Shown: positions 10,414 to 19,032 of the stretch, in pieces
Layout of the letters: the number at the start of each line of letters is the position of its first letter
Position numbering within the stretch: the first letter of the stretch is position 1
Assembly (NCBI GenBank): GCA_027317865.1
Contig: DAHVQG010000001.1
Span: 96,001 to 160,000 of the forward strand
DNA: 64,000 nt
Direction: 5' to 3'
Source: Bdellovibrionales bacterium
GTDB taxonomy: Bacteria; Bdellovibrionota; Bdellovibrionia; Bdellovibrionales; UBA1609
Position numbers and translations under genes: made by a program
The notes under the pieces: model-generated
The model's input: only the letters and a program-made list of their open reading frames with translations
What the model was told of the DNA's origin: nothing
Databases searched by the model: none

Positions 10414-12389
10414 ATGAAACTATTGAGGAACATTCGTTTCGACGCCATTTCACTTGGTTTTGTTTTCTTTTTCTTCGCATTTGCTCCAGTCGCTCAAGCG
10501 CAGTTCTATGCGGGAGCCGGCGCGGGCGCGGGTGTTTACATGGGTGGTGGCGGCTACTTCGGGCAAAATTCATGTTCGACGCAAGTTCAATTGCCGCCCA
10601 GTCTTTATCGAAAAAATAACCGAATGAAACGGGATCAAAGGGCGATTACGGGTATTCAACGAGAAATCGACCGCTTGAAATCTAAATTAGGCAAAGACAA
10701 GCAAAGGCTGCAAAACGACAAACGTTTACTTGCGAGTGGTTTCGGCATTCCGCAGATTATGACGTATGCGACGCGGTCATAAAATGGGCAGAAAATGGTG
10801 ATCGAGGTGGAAATATCGCCTGCCCCTCAAAGGGACAGCATCCTTGGAATAATTATTGTACGAACTGGAATTCAGGTGGCCGAGAAAGCCAAGCAATTGA
10901 AGCGTGGAAGAATTTAAACGCCAGTAATGGTTCCGATAATGTTCCTGATCCGCAGGTAACTTGTGGCAATCAGGGTCTCGTTCAGCAACGCAACTGGCAA
11001 TACATAAATCAATCAAACGACGTATCGAGTAGCGATAAATACAGCCGGTATCTCAATGGTGGCGGCGCGGTCAACGGCGGAACCTGCAACAGTGTACTTG
11101 GATCGTTTAGAAAAGATTTTAATAATTATAATTATGAAAATTCGAAGATGGTAAAATTGAAGCAAGAGCTCGCTGGCGCCAAAGCGGCTTACCGTCGACA
11201 TAGACGACAACGCAACGACGCCGTTGACGCCTACGTTCAAAGTCTGCAAGACGGAAGTACCTCCGGGCAAATTTGCTATCATTGTTTGTTTTCAAATGGC
11301 GGCGGCCAAAGCGAATCGACGTTCGATAAAATTCGTAGCATCGCGATGCCTTTGGTTGGCATGGGCGCAATGTATGCGATGGTCCATTATGGTGTTCAAG
11401 AAAATGCAAAACTGGGTTACCCAACAAATCCGTGGATGCTCTATGGCATGGCGTACCCGTTTGTAATGAATTCTATTTATGGTGCCCAAAGCTCGGGTGG
11501 TTGCAGTGGCGCTGGACCCGGTGGAGCATTTGGTTACCCCGCTGGATATTACAGTCCTTATGAAGGCGGAATGTTCGGCGGTCCCTATGGGATGATGGGC
11601 CCATACGGAATGCCCGGCATGATGGGCCCTGGAATGGGTATGGGTATGGGCATGGGCATGGGAATGATGAGCCCTTATGGCATGGGAATGATGAGCCCAT
11701 ACGGTATGGGAATGAGTCCATACGGCATGATGGGGCCAGGTGGAATGATGAGTCCGTACGGTATGGGGATGATGAGCCCATATGGAATGATGGGACCCGG
11801 TATGATGGGCCCTGGAATGGGAATGGGTTTGGGCCTCGGCATGGGAATGATGAGCCCGTACGGCATGGGGATGAGTCCATACGGTATGATGGGACCAGGT
11901 GGAATGATGAGTCCGTACGGTATGGGGATGAGCCCCTTCGGTATCATGGGACCCGGCGGTTTGCCAGGTATGGGGATGAGCCCGTACGGTATGATGCCTG
12001 GTGGGATGCCGGGCATGGGCATGATCAATCCGATGGCGCTACAGTATCAACAGCAAATGTTGGCGTATCAAATGCAACAAATGCAAGATTATCAAAATCG
12101 AGAAATGCTAGTCGGGCAACTCAGTCAACAACTCTACCAACTTGAAATGCAAATCGAAGAGGTCTCGATGGGCGGTGGTGTTGGCGGTCTAAGCGGAGTT
12201 GGTGGACCTGGTTTTGGCGTCGGCGTCGGCGTTGGGGTAGGACTTGGCGGTGGCTTTAATACGTTCGGAGCCCCGGGCACATTTGGCCCTGGGCCTGTTC
12301 CGACCGGTTACACTTGTACGCCTGGAACGCCGGGGTGTACCTCGACGCCTGGAGGCTATACCGGCCCTGCGCGTGGCGCCCCATACTGA
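10414..12389 (+). pseudogene. Secreted Gly/Met-repeat protein split by a -1 frameshift (or a sequencing error)
   Basis: Signal-peptide ORF 10414-10782; the frame of ORF 11148-12389 is stop-free back to 10686. One extra base would join them into about 658 aa. Confidence 0.7.
11570..12030 (+). repeat. Coding low-complexity tandem repeats (MSPYGMGM / GMMGPG)
   Basis: More than ten PYGM-type units; a block of about 80 bp near 11690-11770 recurs near 11850-11930 with synonymous changes. Confidence 0.9.
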
Positions 12390-12430
12390 TTCTTTACTCG
12401 TCGTACGCGCAGGTTTAGAACTGCGCGTGA

Positions 12431-13795
12431 ATGGACGAAAAAAATTTAGAACTCAATTCAAAATTTTCGGGCACTTTGACGAACTGTTATGACAGTCACG
12501 TGCATTGGCAAGCCACGGGAACCTACCATCGCCGTTTGCCGCAGTATACGCATCAAGGCGAGTGGATCACGGGTTTTGGTTGGGATCAGCCGACTGTAAA
12601 TGAAATATCGTCACGCGAAGTTGGTGCAACTCCACCCGACAAGACACCGCACGAAATTCTCGATCGTGAGTTTGGCGACCACCCCGTTTTTTTTGTTCGT
12701 ATTGATGGTCATGCAGCATGGGTGAATCAAGCGGCACTCGCACGTGCGGGGCTTTGGCAGAAAAATCCCGTTGCACCATTAGGCGGTGAGATTCAACTCA
12801 AATCGGATGGGTACCCGACTGGAATCCTTCTTGATCAGGCCATGCAAATCGTTCAACGTTTGCTACCGCCGCGTACTGAGTCGCAAATTCGCGATGACCT
12901 TTTGCTTGCGCAGGAGATTTTTCACAAATCTGGATTTACGCACATTCGGGACTTAAGCGGCGACGAAGTTCAATGGCAGGTTATCAATGGTCTTCTTCGT
13001 GAAAACAAAATTAAACTTGCTGTTGAACAGTTTTTTGAAGCCGAAGATCCCAATTTGTTTGACCGCCAACTTGATTTAGCGACTCGCCTGCAGCGCGATT
13101 TTGCCGATTTCGCTGATTCGCGTACTCAGCTTGTTCGCCCTCGCGGAGTCAAAATTTATCTGGACGGGGCGCTCGGTTCTGAGGGGGCGCTATTGAGTTG
13201 CGACTATTGCAACGGCCGGCCGGGCGCGCGTGGTTTGCAAATGCTAAACGAATCAACGCTTCGTGATTTCATATCGCGCGCGTGGAGCGCACGTTTGCCA
13301 ATTGCGGTTCACGCAATAGGCGATGCGGCCAACCATCTTCTTGCCCAAACCGCATTTGCCATTGAATCGAGCGGGTTAAAGGGCGAGCTAAATATCGAGC
13401 ACGCCGAACTTCTGCGATACGATACGATTTTGCTACTTTCAAAATTGTCGAATGTTAAATGTTATATGCAACCCTGTCAGTGGCTCACTGACAAAAAGTG
13501 GTTAGAGACAAAAATCGGGCCACTTGTTCAGCGTGTTTTTCGATGGCGCGAACTTGAAGAGCACAATATCCCCATTTGGTTTGGTAGCGATACGCCAATC
13601 GAAGAGCCATCGTTTATTGCAAATCTTGCCGCAATAGAAGATGGCGCACGAAACGGTGATATTCCGCGTCCGAAACGGAATGTGTCGTTTTACCAAATGC
13701 ATCCCGATTCCGGTTGGGTTCGAAATACATCAACCGTTTTTACTAACGGCCATGTGAGCGCAGTTCATTTTTGCGGGCATGAAATTTTACTTTAA
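12431..13795 (+). CDS. Amidohydrolase 3 (YtcJ-like)
   Basis: DSHVH, DGHAAWVN, KIYLDGALGS, HAIGD, IEHAE and FGSD motifs. Confidence 0.88.
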   Translation: MDEKNLELNSKFSGTLTNCYDSHVHWQATGTYHRRLPQYTHQGEWITGFGWDQPTVNEISSREVGATPPDKTPHEILDREFGDHPVFFVRIDGHAAWVNQAALARAGLWQKNPVAPLGGEIQLKSDGYPTGILLDQAMQIVQRLLPPRTESQIRDDLLLAQEIFHKSGFTHIRDLSGDEVQWQVINGLLRENKIKLAVEQFFEAEDPNLFDRQLDLATRLQRDFADFADSRTQLVRPRGVKIYLDGALGSEGALLSCDYCNGRPGARGLQMLNESTLRDFISRAWSARLPIAVHAIGDAANHLLAQTAFAIESSGLKGELNIEHAELLRYDTILLLSKLSNVKCYMQPCQWLTDKKWLETKIGPLVQRVFRWRELEEHNIPIWFGSDTPIEEPSFIANLAAIEDGARNGDIPRPKRNVSFYQMHPDSGWVRNTSTVFTNGHVSAVHFCGHEILL

Positions 13796-14859
13796 AATCC
13801 ACTGGTGTGAGTTGTCGTCGGGGGTCCACTGTTAGCAATTGAGGTTTGATATCGTGAGTAAACAATTGCTCCTGCGACGGCGCCGGCGGCGATCCAAAAC
13901 CATCCGCGCTTGTAAAATGGTACCGAATTCGATGATAGCTTTGGAATTTCTGAAGTAATAGACGGTGCTCCCCAATTTGAAGCGAGACTGGAGCTCGGCG
14001 AATCAGTTAGTGCGACTTTTGCCTTCGGTGAACCTAAGGGATAAATTGGATAAGTTTGCCCTCGCACAGCAACACAGGAATCAGCAAACAGTGCAGCAAG
14101 TTTTACGTGGCTTGAAGTCGGATACGAAGACCAGAGCGGTGATTTACAGGTGCCCGATACCCACGGAACTCGCTGCGGGCTAAAACGAAGTGCTACTCGC
14201 GCTGGTAGCACACGGGTTACCGGCCGATAGCGCGACGAAATAAAAGTCAACCGCACGGTTTGATCGGGTATATTTATGCTTGTTTTATCTGCTAGGCGAA
14301 TGGGTGTGCCATTGACAAACACCCATTGAAATCCGTGAAAATGTTTTGTGGGCAATCGCAATTTCGCGCTCTCGGCGCGAATTTGCTCAAATTGGGCAAC
14401 CAGCGGCGGGGGGAACAAATTATGATCGGGTTTGTATTGACCGTCGTAGTTCGCCGCCAATGAAAGCCACCTTTCAGTCTCGGTTGTGGAAATACTGGAT
14501 TGGGCGAGTCGCATGAAGCCAATACTGATCATTTTACGGTAGGGTTTGGGCCAATCGGCTTTGTAGGCAAATGATACGAGATCAAGCCAGGCTGCGTGCA
14601 TTTGTGGATCTTGCGCATGCAAATATCGAAGTTGGGCTCGTTCAAATTGCCGGCGCAAGCATTGAAGCGCGTGTGCGTCGACCGGGTGGTTTTGAAATCC
14701 TCTTGCAATCGCCATAGATGCCGGGTCGGTTGCTAAATAGGCATTGTATCGCCGCCTTGAAACGTTAGGTGAACGCACTAAATATCGAAGAGTGTCGCAC
14801 TGTCCGTAACTTGAATTCCATATTAGTAGCAGCGAAAAAAGCAAATTTAATCTTCTCAT
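13792..14859 (-). CDS. Secreted or membrane-anchored hypothetical protein
   Basis: Signal peptide; WVFVNG (PEGA-like); C-terminal PFYKRGWFWIAAGAVAG hydrophobic segment. Confidence 0.7.
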   Translation of the reverse strand: MRRLNLLFSLLLIWNSSYGQCDTLRYLVRSPNVSRRRYNAYLATDPASMAIARGFQNHPVDAHALQCLRRQFERAQLRYLHAQDPQMHAAWLDLVSFAYKADWPKPYRKMISIGFMRLAQSSISTTETERWLSLAANYDGQYKPDHNLFPPPLVAQFEQIRAESAKLRLPTKHFHGFQWVFVNGTPIRLADKTSINIPDQTVRLTFISSRYRPVTRVLPARVALRFSPQRVPWVSGTCKSPLWSSYPTSSHVKLAALFADSCVAVRGQTYPIYPLGSPKAKVALTDSPSSSLASNWGAPSITSEIPKLSSNSVPFYKRGWFWIAAGAVAGAIVYSRYQTSIANSGPPTTTHTSGF

Positions 14860-14873
14860 TTTTCAATCTCCCG

Positions 14874-15395
14874 TTAATTTTCGATTACAATTCGACTCGG
14901 CTTGGGCGCGACAGGAATTTTTTGTTCGGCGCGTGAAGGGTTCTGCACTACAACCAGAAAGGGTTTTGTCTCCGCAGAAATAATCGTCGAAGATTCAGTT
15001 TCCGGAACTAAAACCGAAAACTCGGACGGGTCTTTCGGGCTTCGTATAATTTTTAAACCCTTGGCAATCGCCACCGGGTTACCGGGTTGATACAAGTCGA
15101 CAACACCATATTGTCCAATTAATGAGTCCAACGATTCAAGATTTTGGACTTCAACCGGCAACAGTACGTCACCGTCCGGTATAAACGTGTCGATCCCCGC
15201 ATAGGGGGAGCTTGGTCTAGCTGCGGCGGTAATAGTGGCGGTTTTCCCGCGGGTATCGACGAGAATTGAAACAATGAGACAAATGCCGATTACCAGCGTT
15301 GGGAGAAACCAAGCACGGTCTTGATATGTGGTCCATAATTCGCCGATCTTCGTATCTTTTAACTTCTGGATCGTAGCGATAGCGCGCGCTGACAT
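14874..15395 (-). CDS. CpaB/RcpC-like Flp pilus assembly protein
   Basis: N-terminal TM; IPDGDVLLPVEV…G…VDLY resembles the RcpC domain; Tad context. Confidence 0.6.
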   Translation of the reverse strand: MSARAIATIQKLKDTKIGELWTTYQDRAWFLPTLVIGICLIVSILVDTRGKTATITAAARPSSPYAGIDTFIPDGDVLLPVEVQNLESLDSLIGQYGVVDLYQPGNPVAIAKGLKIIRSPKDPSEFSVLVPETESSTIISAETKPFLVVVQNPSRAEQKIPVAPKPSRIVIEN

Positions 15396-15501
15396 TAATG
15401 CCCTCCTTGCAGATGTAGATCGAAATCAAAATGAATAGCAAAAACATTGCCACTGTAATGAGCCCTTCAAAAATCACCTGACCTCTGCGGTGTTTGTTCA
15501 T
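15217..15501 (-). CDS. Small TadE-like pseudopilin
   Basis: RRGQVIFEGL prepilin motif plus hydrophobic helix; ATGA overlap with the upstream stop. Confidence 0.6.
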   Translation of the reverse strand: MNKHRRGQVIFEGLITVAMFLLFILISIYICKEGINVSARYRYDPEVKRYEDRRIMDHISRPCLVSPNAGNRHLSHCFNSRRYPRENRHYYRRS

Positions 15502-16259
15502 TGATGTGCCCACCAAAGCCGTGCGTAAAAATGACTGCCGCGTTGAGCAACTGTTGCCGCACAAGATTCTTTAACAATTCCGGAGATGGGATTGCCGGTA
15601 ACGGCCAAAAGAGACGAGATTATATTTCCGTTGAGGTGACCGCTTGTGGTGCCGTCAAGAAGCTGCGCCATCGTCATTTGATATTGCGCGCGTATGGCCT
15701 GCTTATTAGAAAAATTGGCAACGGGCTCATATTCAGGTGCAATTTGACCTCGGGGAGTTGCTACAACTTGCAAATTACGCTGTGCGATCAAAGGCGACAT
15801 TCCGCGAAGTGCGTATCGCCATTGATCGGCGTCAGATTCGATATGGGAATTAGCCGCCATAATGATCGCGCGCTGCTCGGCATTGAGCGCGAATTGTTCG
15901 GCGCTAACATTTCGAATCTGATTTTGAAGAGCGATCGCGATTGCTTCTTGCCCAGCAGAAATAGCGGCTGCGTATTGCGTTTTCAATCGGTTTAATTTTC
16001 TACGAAGAGATCGCGCGCGTGGATTCAACTGCAGAAGGGACTCAAGATGTTGCGTCAAATCGTTTTGTAATATCATCGCATGTCTTTCGCAAAGCGAGCG
16101 GCTACGTGAGTCGCCTTTTACAATCATTGCCATCGCCGCAAGACACGCCAGCACAATAAGCGCAACCGGCAAAAATATCATCAGTGCCATAAGTGCGAAT
16201 CCTTGATTTGTGATTCGCGAATTTTGAGATTGAACTTGAGAATTTGACTCTTCGGGCAT
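15498..16259 (-). CDS. TadG-like pseudopilin
   Basis: NQGFALM prepilin-like site, TM, then a long helical region; Tad context. Confidence 0.6.
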   Translation of the reverse strand: MPEESNSQVQSQNSRITNQGFALMALMIFLPVALIVLACLAAMAMIVKGDSRSRSLCERHAMILQNDLTQHLESLLQLNPRARSLRRKLNRLKTQYAAAISAGQEAIAIALQNQIRNVSAEQFALNAEQRAIIMAANSHIESDADQWRYALRGMSPLIAQRNLQVVATPRGQIAPEYEPVANFSNKQAIRAQYQMTMAQLLDGTTSGHLNGNIISSLLAVTGNPISGIVKESCAATVAQRGSHFYARLWWAHQ

Positions 16260-16654
16260 GAGGTTTTCTCCATTGCATAGTAATTTAATTTCGTTGTCTG
16301 ACCGCGAAACATCATTGTTGCCGGCGAAGAATTGCACCAAATGGCGTTGAGTGTCGCGACACGGCCGAAGCGCAATGTCTGGACATTCGATTTATTTTGG
16401 ATAAAGTGCCCCCACCAGATCGGACGTACTTGTTTCAACATTTTTTGATTGCACTGACTTTTCTCGGCGTCTGAATCTTGCGCAAGTTCGCAGCGCAACC
16501 GGTCGTACAGTACGTTAGTCAGCCAAAGTCGTGCCGATATAAGTCCCAAAGTTGGAGTCGTAATCGCCGTCATGAGCGCCACAACTGCAAGTACCGCGCA
16601 TGCTTCGACGAGGCTTTGTCCACTCAAATTATTTAATTTGCCGGCATTTACCAT
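16181..16654 (-). CDS. TadE-like pseudopilin
   Basis: SGQSLVEA prepilin motif plus hydrophobic helix. Confidence 0.7.
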   Translation of the reverse strand: MVNAGKLNNLSGQSLVEACAVLAVVALMTAITTPTLGLISARLWLTNVLYDRLRCELAQDSDAEKSQCNQKMLKQVRPIWWGHFIQNKSNVQTLRFGRVATLNAIWCNSSPATMMFRGQTTKLNYYAMEKTSCPKSQILKFNLKIRESQIKDSHLWH

Positions 16655-16667
16655 TAGCTTCTACTTT

Positions 16668-16919
16668 TTACTGATGACCGTTGGTTGCGTTTTTCATAAA
16701 GTCGCTCATATCGCGTTCTTGGTAGAGATCGCGCGAGACGCCGCTAACTTTGACGCTGGTAGGATTCCGGCCTTGAATCACATCTGTAATTTGGGCAAAT
16801 TTACCGGAAATTGTATCGCCCATGAGACGTACAACACCCATTGTGGCAACACCCAAAAGTGCCGTTAGCAGTAGATACTCCACAAGGCTCTGACCAGTTT
16901 TATTTTTAAGTCGCTTCAT
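16668..16919 (-). CDS. flp: Flp family pilin
   Basis: GQSLVEYLLL Flp motif; 83 aa; GGAGGG RBS. Confidence 0.9.
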   Translation of the reverse strand: MKRLKNKTGQSLVEYLLLTALLGVATMGVVRLMGDTISGKFAQITDVIQGRNPTSVKVSGVSRDLYQERDMSDFMKNATNGHQ

Positions 16920-16979
16920 AAAGTCACCCTCCATTTTGCCGTTTGTCCGCGATTCAAGCGGATTCAGGAGCGTGACGTT

Positions 16980-16995
16980 TGCAACTGTTATACCG
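16980..16995 (-). promoter_or_regulatory. Sigma-54 promoter for the flp operon
   Basis: Minus strand CGGTATAACAGTTGCA = GG-N10-GC, about 60 bp upstream of flp. Confidence 0.65.
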
Positions 16996-17113
16996 TCTTG
17001 GAATTCTGCGTTTTGCTAGGGGAGGGCAAAAAACACCGGGCAAAGTTTGTTCGAAAATGTCCGAGCTGTTCGAGAACTCGGACTAATGCGGATTTTCCGG
17101 TGCAGGAGCGATA

Positions 17114-18004
17114 CTAATGCTTTTTCTTATTTTTTGATTTTACCGCGCGTTTACCCTGAGATTTCGAATGCGATGCGCTTTTTGTTTTTGCTGCTTTCGA
17201 TTTAGCCAACGATTTCACTTTCTTCAATTTGGCCAATGCTTTCGCTTTCTGTAAAGCCTTCGCCTTTTCGGCTTTTGCTTTTTGCGCGGCTTTCTTGGCT
17301 TCGATTGCCGCTTTTTTCTTCGCGGCGAGTTTGGCTTTCATCTCGGCTTGTTTTCGCTTTTGCGCGGCCTTTTTGGCGATCATCAATTCTTTTTTCTTGC
17401 GAGCCAGCTCGCGGGTCTTTTCGGCTTTTGCCTTTTGCGCGGCCTTTTTGGCTTCGAGCATTGCCTTTTTCTTGGCAAGCATCGCGGCTTTTTTCTCTGC
17501 GAGAATTCTCTTTTGTTCCGCCTTTTTGGCCAGCATCTTTTCTCGCTTTATGTGCGCCAATTCTTTGGCCTTTGCTTTTGCGGCAGCGATTTTGGCCTTT
17601 TGTTTTTCGCGTTCAAGACGAGCGGCTTCACGGGCTTTTTTACGTTCTTCAGCGGCTTTGAGTTTAGCTTCGCGGGCGGCGGCTCGCGCTGCTTCGCGCG
17701 CTGCTTGACGAGCGGCTTTGGCTTCGGCTTTGGCCTGTGCTTTGGCTTCGGCTCGGGCACGGGCTTCAGCTTGGGCTTGAGCCTGAGCTGCGGCGATTTC
17801 GGCCGCTCGCTGCGCCTTTCGTCGTTGCATAATGCGCGTTAGAATCTCGTATGCTTCGCGTTGCAGACCATTGTCGAAGATAAAACTGTAAAATCCTTGT
17901 ATTTCAGGACTCTGGCGAAATTTTTTTGCGGTTGTCGGTAGACTTTCAGATGCTTTAAAATCAATCGAACTGCCATCTTTGGATAAATTTGGTTTGTTCG
18001 CCAT
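17114..18004 (-). CDS. Lys/Ala-rich histone-H1-like protein with a small globular N-terminal domain
   Basis: N-terminal KKFRQSPEIQGFYSFIFDNGLQREAYEIL followed by about 235 aa dominated by K/A; GAGGAG RBS. Confidence 0.75.
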   Translation of the reverse strand: MANKPNLSKDGSSIDFKASESLPTTAKKFRQSPEIQGFYSFIFDNGLQREAYEILTRIMQRRKAQRAAEIAAAQAQAQAEARARAEAKAQAKAEAKAARQAAREAARAAAREAKLKAAEERKKAREAARLEREKQKAKIAAAKAKAKELAHIKREKMLAKKAEQKRILAEKKAAMLAKKKAMLEAKKAAQKAKAEKTRELARKKKELMIAKKAAQKRKQAEMKAKLAAKKKAAIEAKKAAQKAKAEKAKALQKAKALAKLKKVKSLAKSKAAKTKSASHSKSQGKRAVKSKNKKKH

Positions 18005-18074
18005 GCAACTCCTCGAGAATTATGGGTAATTTGGGGACAAGCGTCGGCTCAACAAACTAGAGGAGTGGTCTTGC

Positions 18075-18139
18075 CAAGTCAAGAAATCCGGTCAAGATTT
18101 CCGGTCAAGGTACACGGTCAAGGTACACGGTCAAGGTGC
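18075..18139. repeat. Five 13-bp tandem units with invariant GTCAAG core
   Basis: GTCAAG at 18078, 18091, 18104, 18117 and 18130. Confidence 0.9.
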
Positions 18140-18163
18140 GTTCATTATAAACCCGGAGGATGA

Positions 18164-19009
18164 ATGATCGAACTTTCTGGTAAAGCGGTGTCAGGTAAAA
18201 TTCGTAAACAACTCGCGCAAGATTCGGCCGAGTTTAAGCGTCAACAGGGCCGATCTCCGGGACTTGCCGTGGTTATTGTGGGGGATGATCCCGCCAGCCA
18301 TATTTATGTCAAAAACAAAATTAAGGCTTGTGACGAGGTCGGATTTCGCTCGTTTCATCACCATTTACCCGAAAATGTAAGCGAAGCGGACGTTCTCGCC
18401 TGCGTTCAGCGCCTGACTGAAAATAACGAAGTCGATGGAATGCTAGTGCAATTGCCGCTGCCCAAACATCTCTCACGTGAGAAAATTTTAAATGCGATTT
18501 CTCCGTTAAAAGACGCTGATGCGCTTACAATCGAAAATCAAGGTTTGCTTTTTGCCGGGCGGCCAAGGGTTAAACCTTGCACTCCTGCGGGAGTGATTGA
18601 AATACTCAAACACTACGATATACCGATTGCCGGCCAACACGCTGTTGTTGTGGGGCGAAGTGCGATCGTAGGTAAGCCGATGGCGCAGTTGTTACTTTTA
18701 GAAGATGCGACGGTGACGATGGCCCATTCAAAAACTAGAAATTTACGAGAATTTACAAGCCACGCCGATATTGTTGTAGTCGCCGCGGGTAAACCTAGAT
18801 TTTTAGGCGCTGACGATTTCAAAAAAAACTCGGTCATTATCGACGTTGGGATGCATCGCCTATTTGATGGTTTATGCGGAGATGTCCGATTTGAAGAACT
18901 TCGCGCGGTGGCTCGGGCGGTTACGCCTGTTCCCGGTGGAGTGGGCCCTATGACCATTACTATGCTGTTAAAAAATACGCTGGATCTTGCGAAATTGCGC
19001 GTGCAATAA
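18164..19009 (+). CDS. folD: Methylenetetrahydrofolate dehydrogenase/cyclohydrolase
   Basis: YVKNK, VQLPLP, PCTPAG, GRSAIVGKP and TPVPGGVGPMT. Confidence 0.97.
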   Translation: MIELSGKAVSGKIRKQLAQDSAEFKRQQGRSPGLAVVIVGDDPASHIYVKNKIKACDEVGFRSFHHHLPENVSEADVLACVQRLTENNEVDGMLVQLPLPKHLSREKILNAISPLKDADALTIENQGLLFAGRPRVKPCTPAGVIEILKHYDIPIAGQHAVVVGRSAIVGKPMAQLLLLEDATVTMAHSKTRNLREFTSHADIVVVAAGKPRFLGADDFKKNSVIIDVGMHRLFDGLCGDVRFEELRAVARAVTPVPGGVGPMTITMLLKNTLDLAKLRVQ

Positions 19010-19032
19010 AATTGTATATTTTCCCGATGACA

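Noticed and set aside
11473-12028. Minus-strand repetitive ORFs (IIPYGL…)
   Set aside because: They are shadows of the Met/Gly repeat.
17229-17842. Three long Phe/Ala/Leu-rich plus-strand ORFs that look like membrane proteins
   Set aside because: They are reverse-complement artefacts of the Lys/Ala-rich gene.
18075-18139. Possible CRISPR array
   Set aside because: Units are 13 bp, directly adjacent with no spacers, and no cas genes are present.
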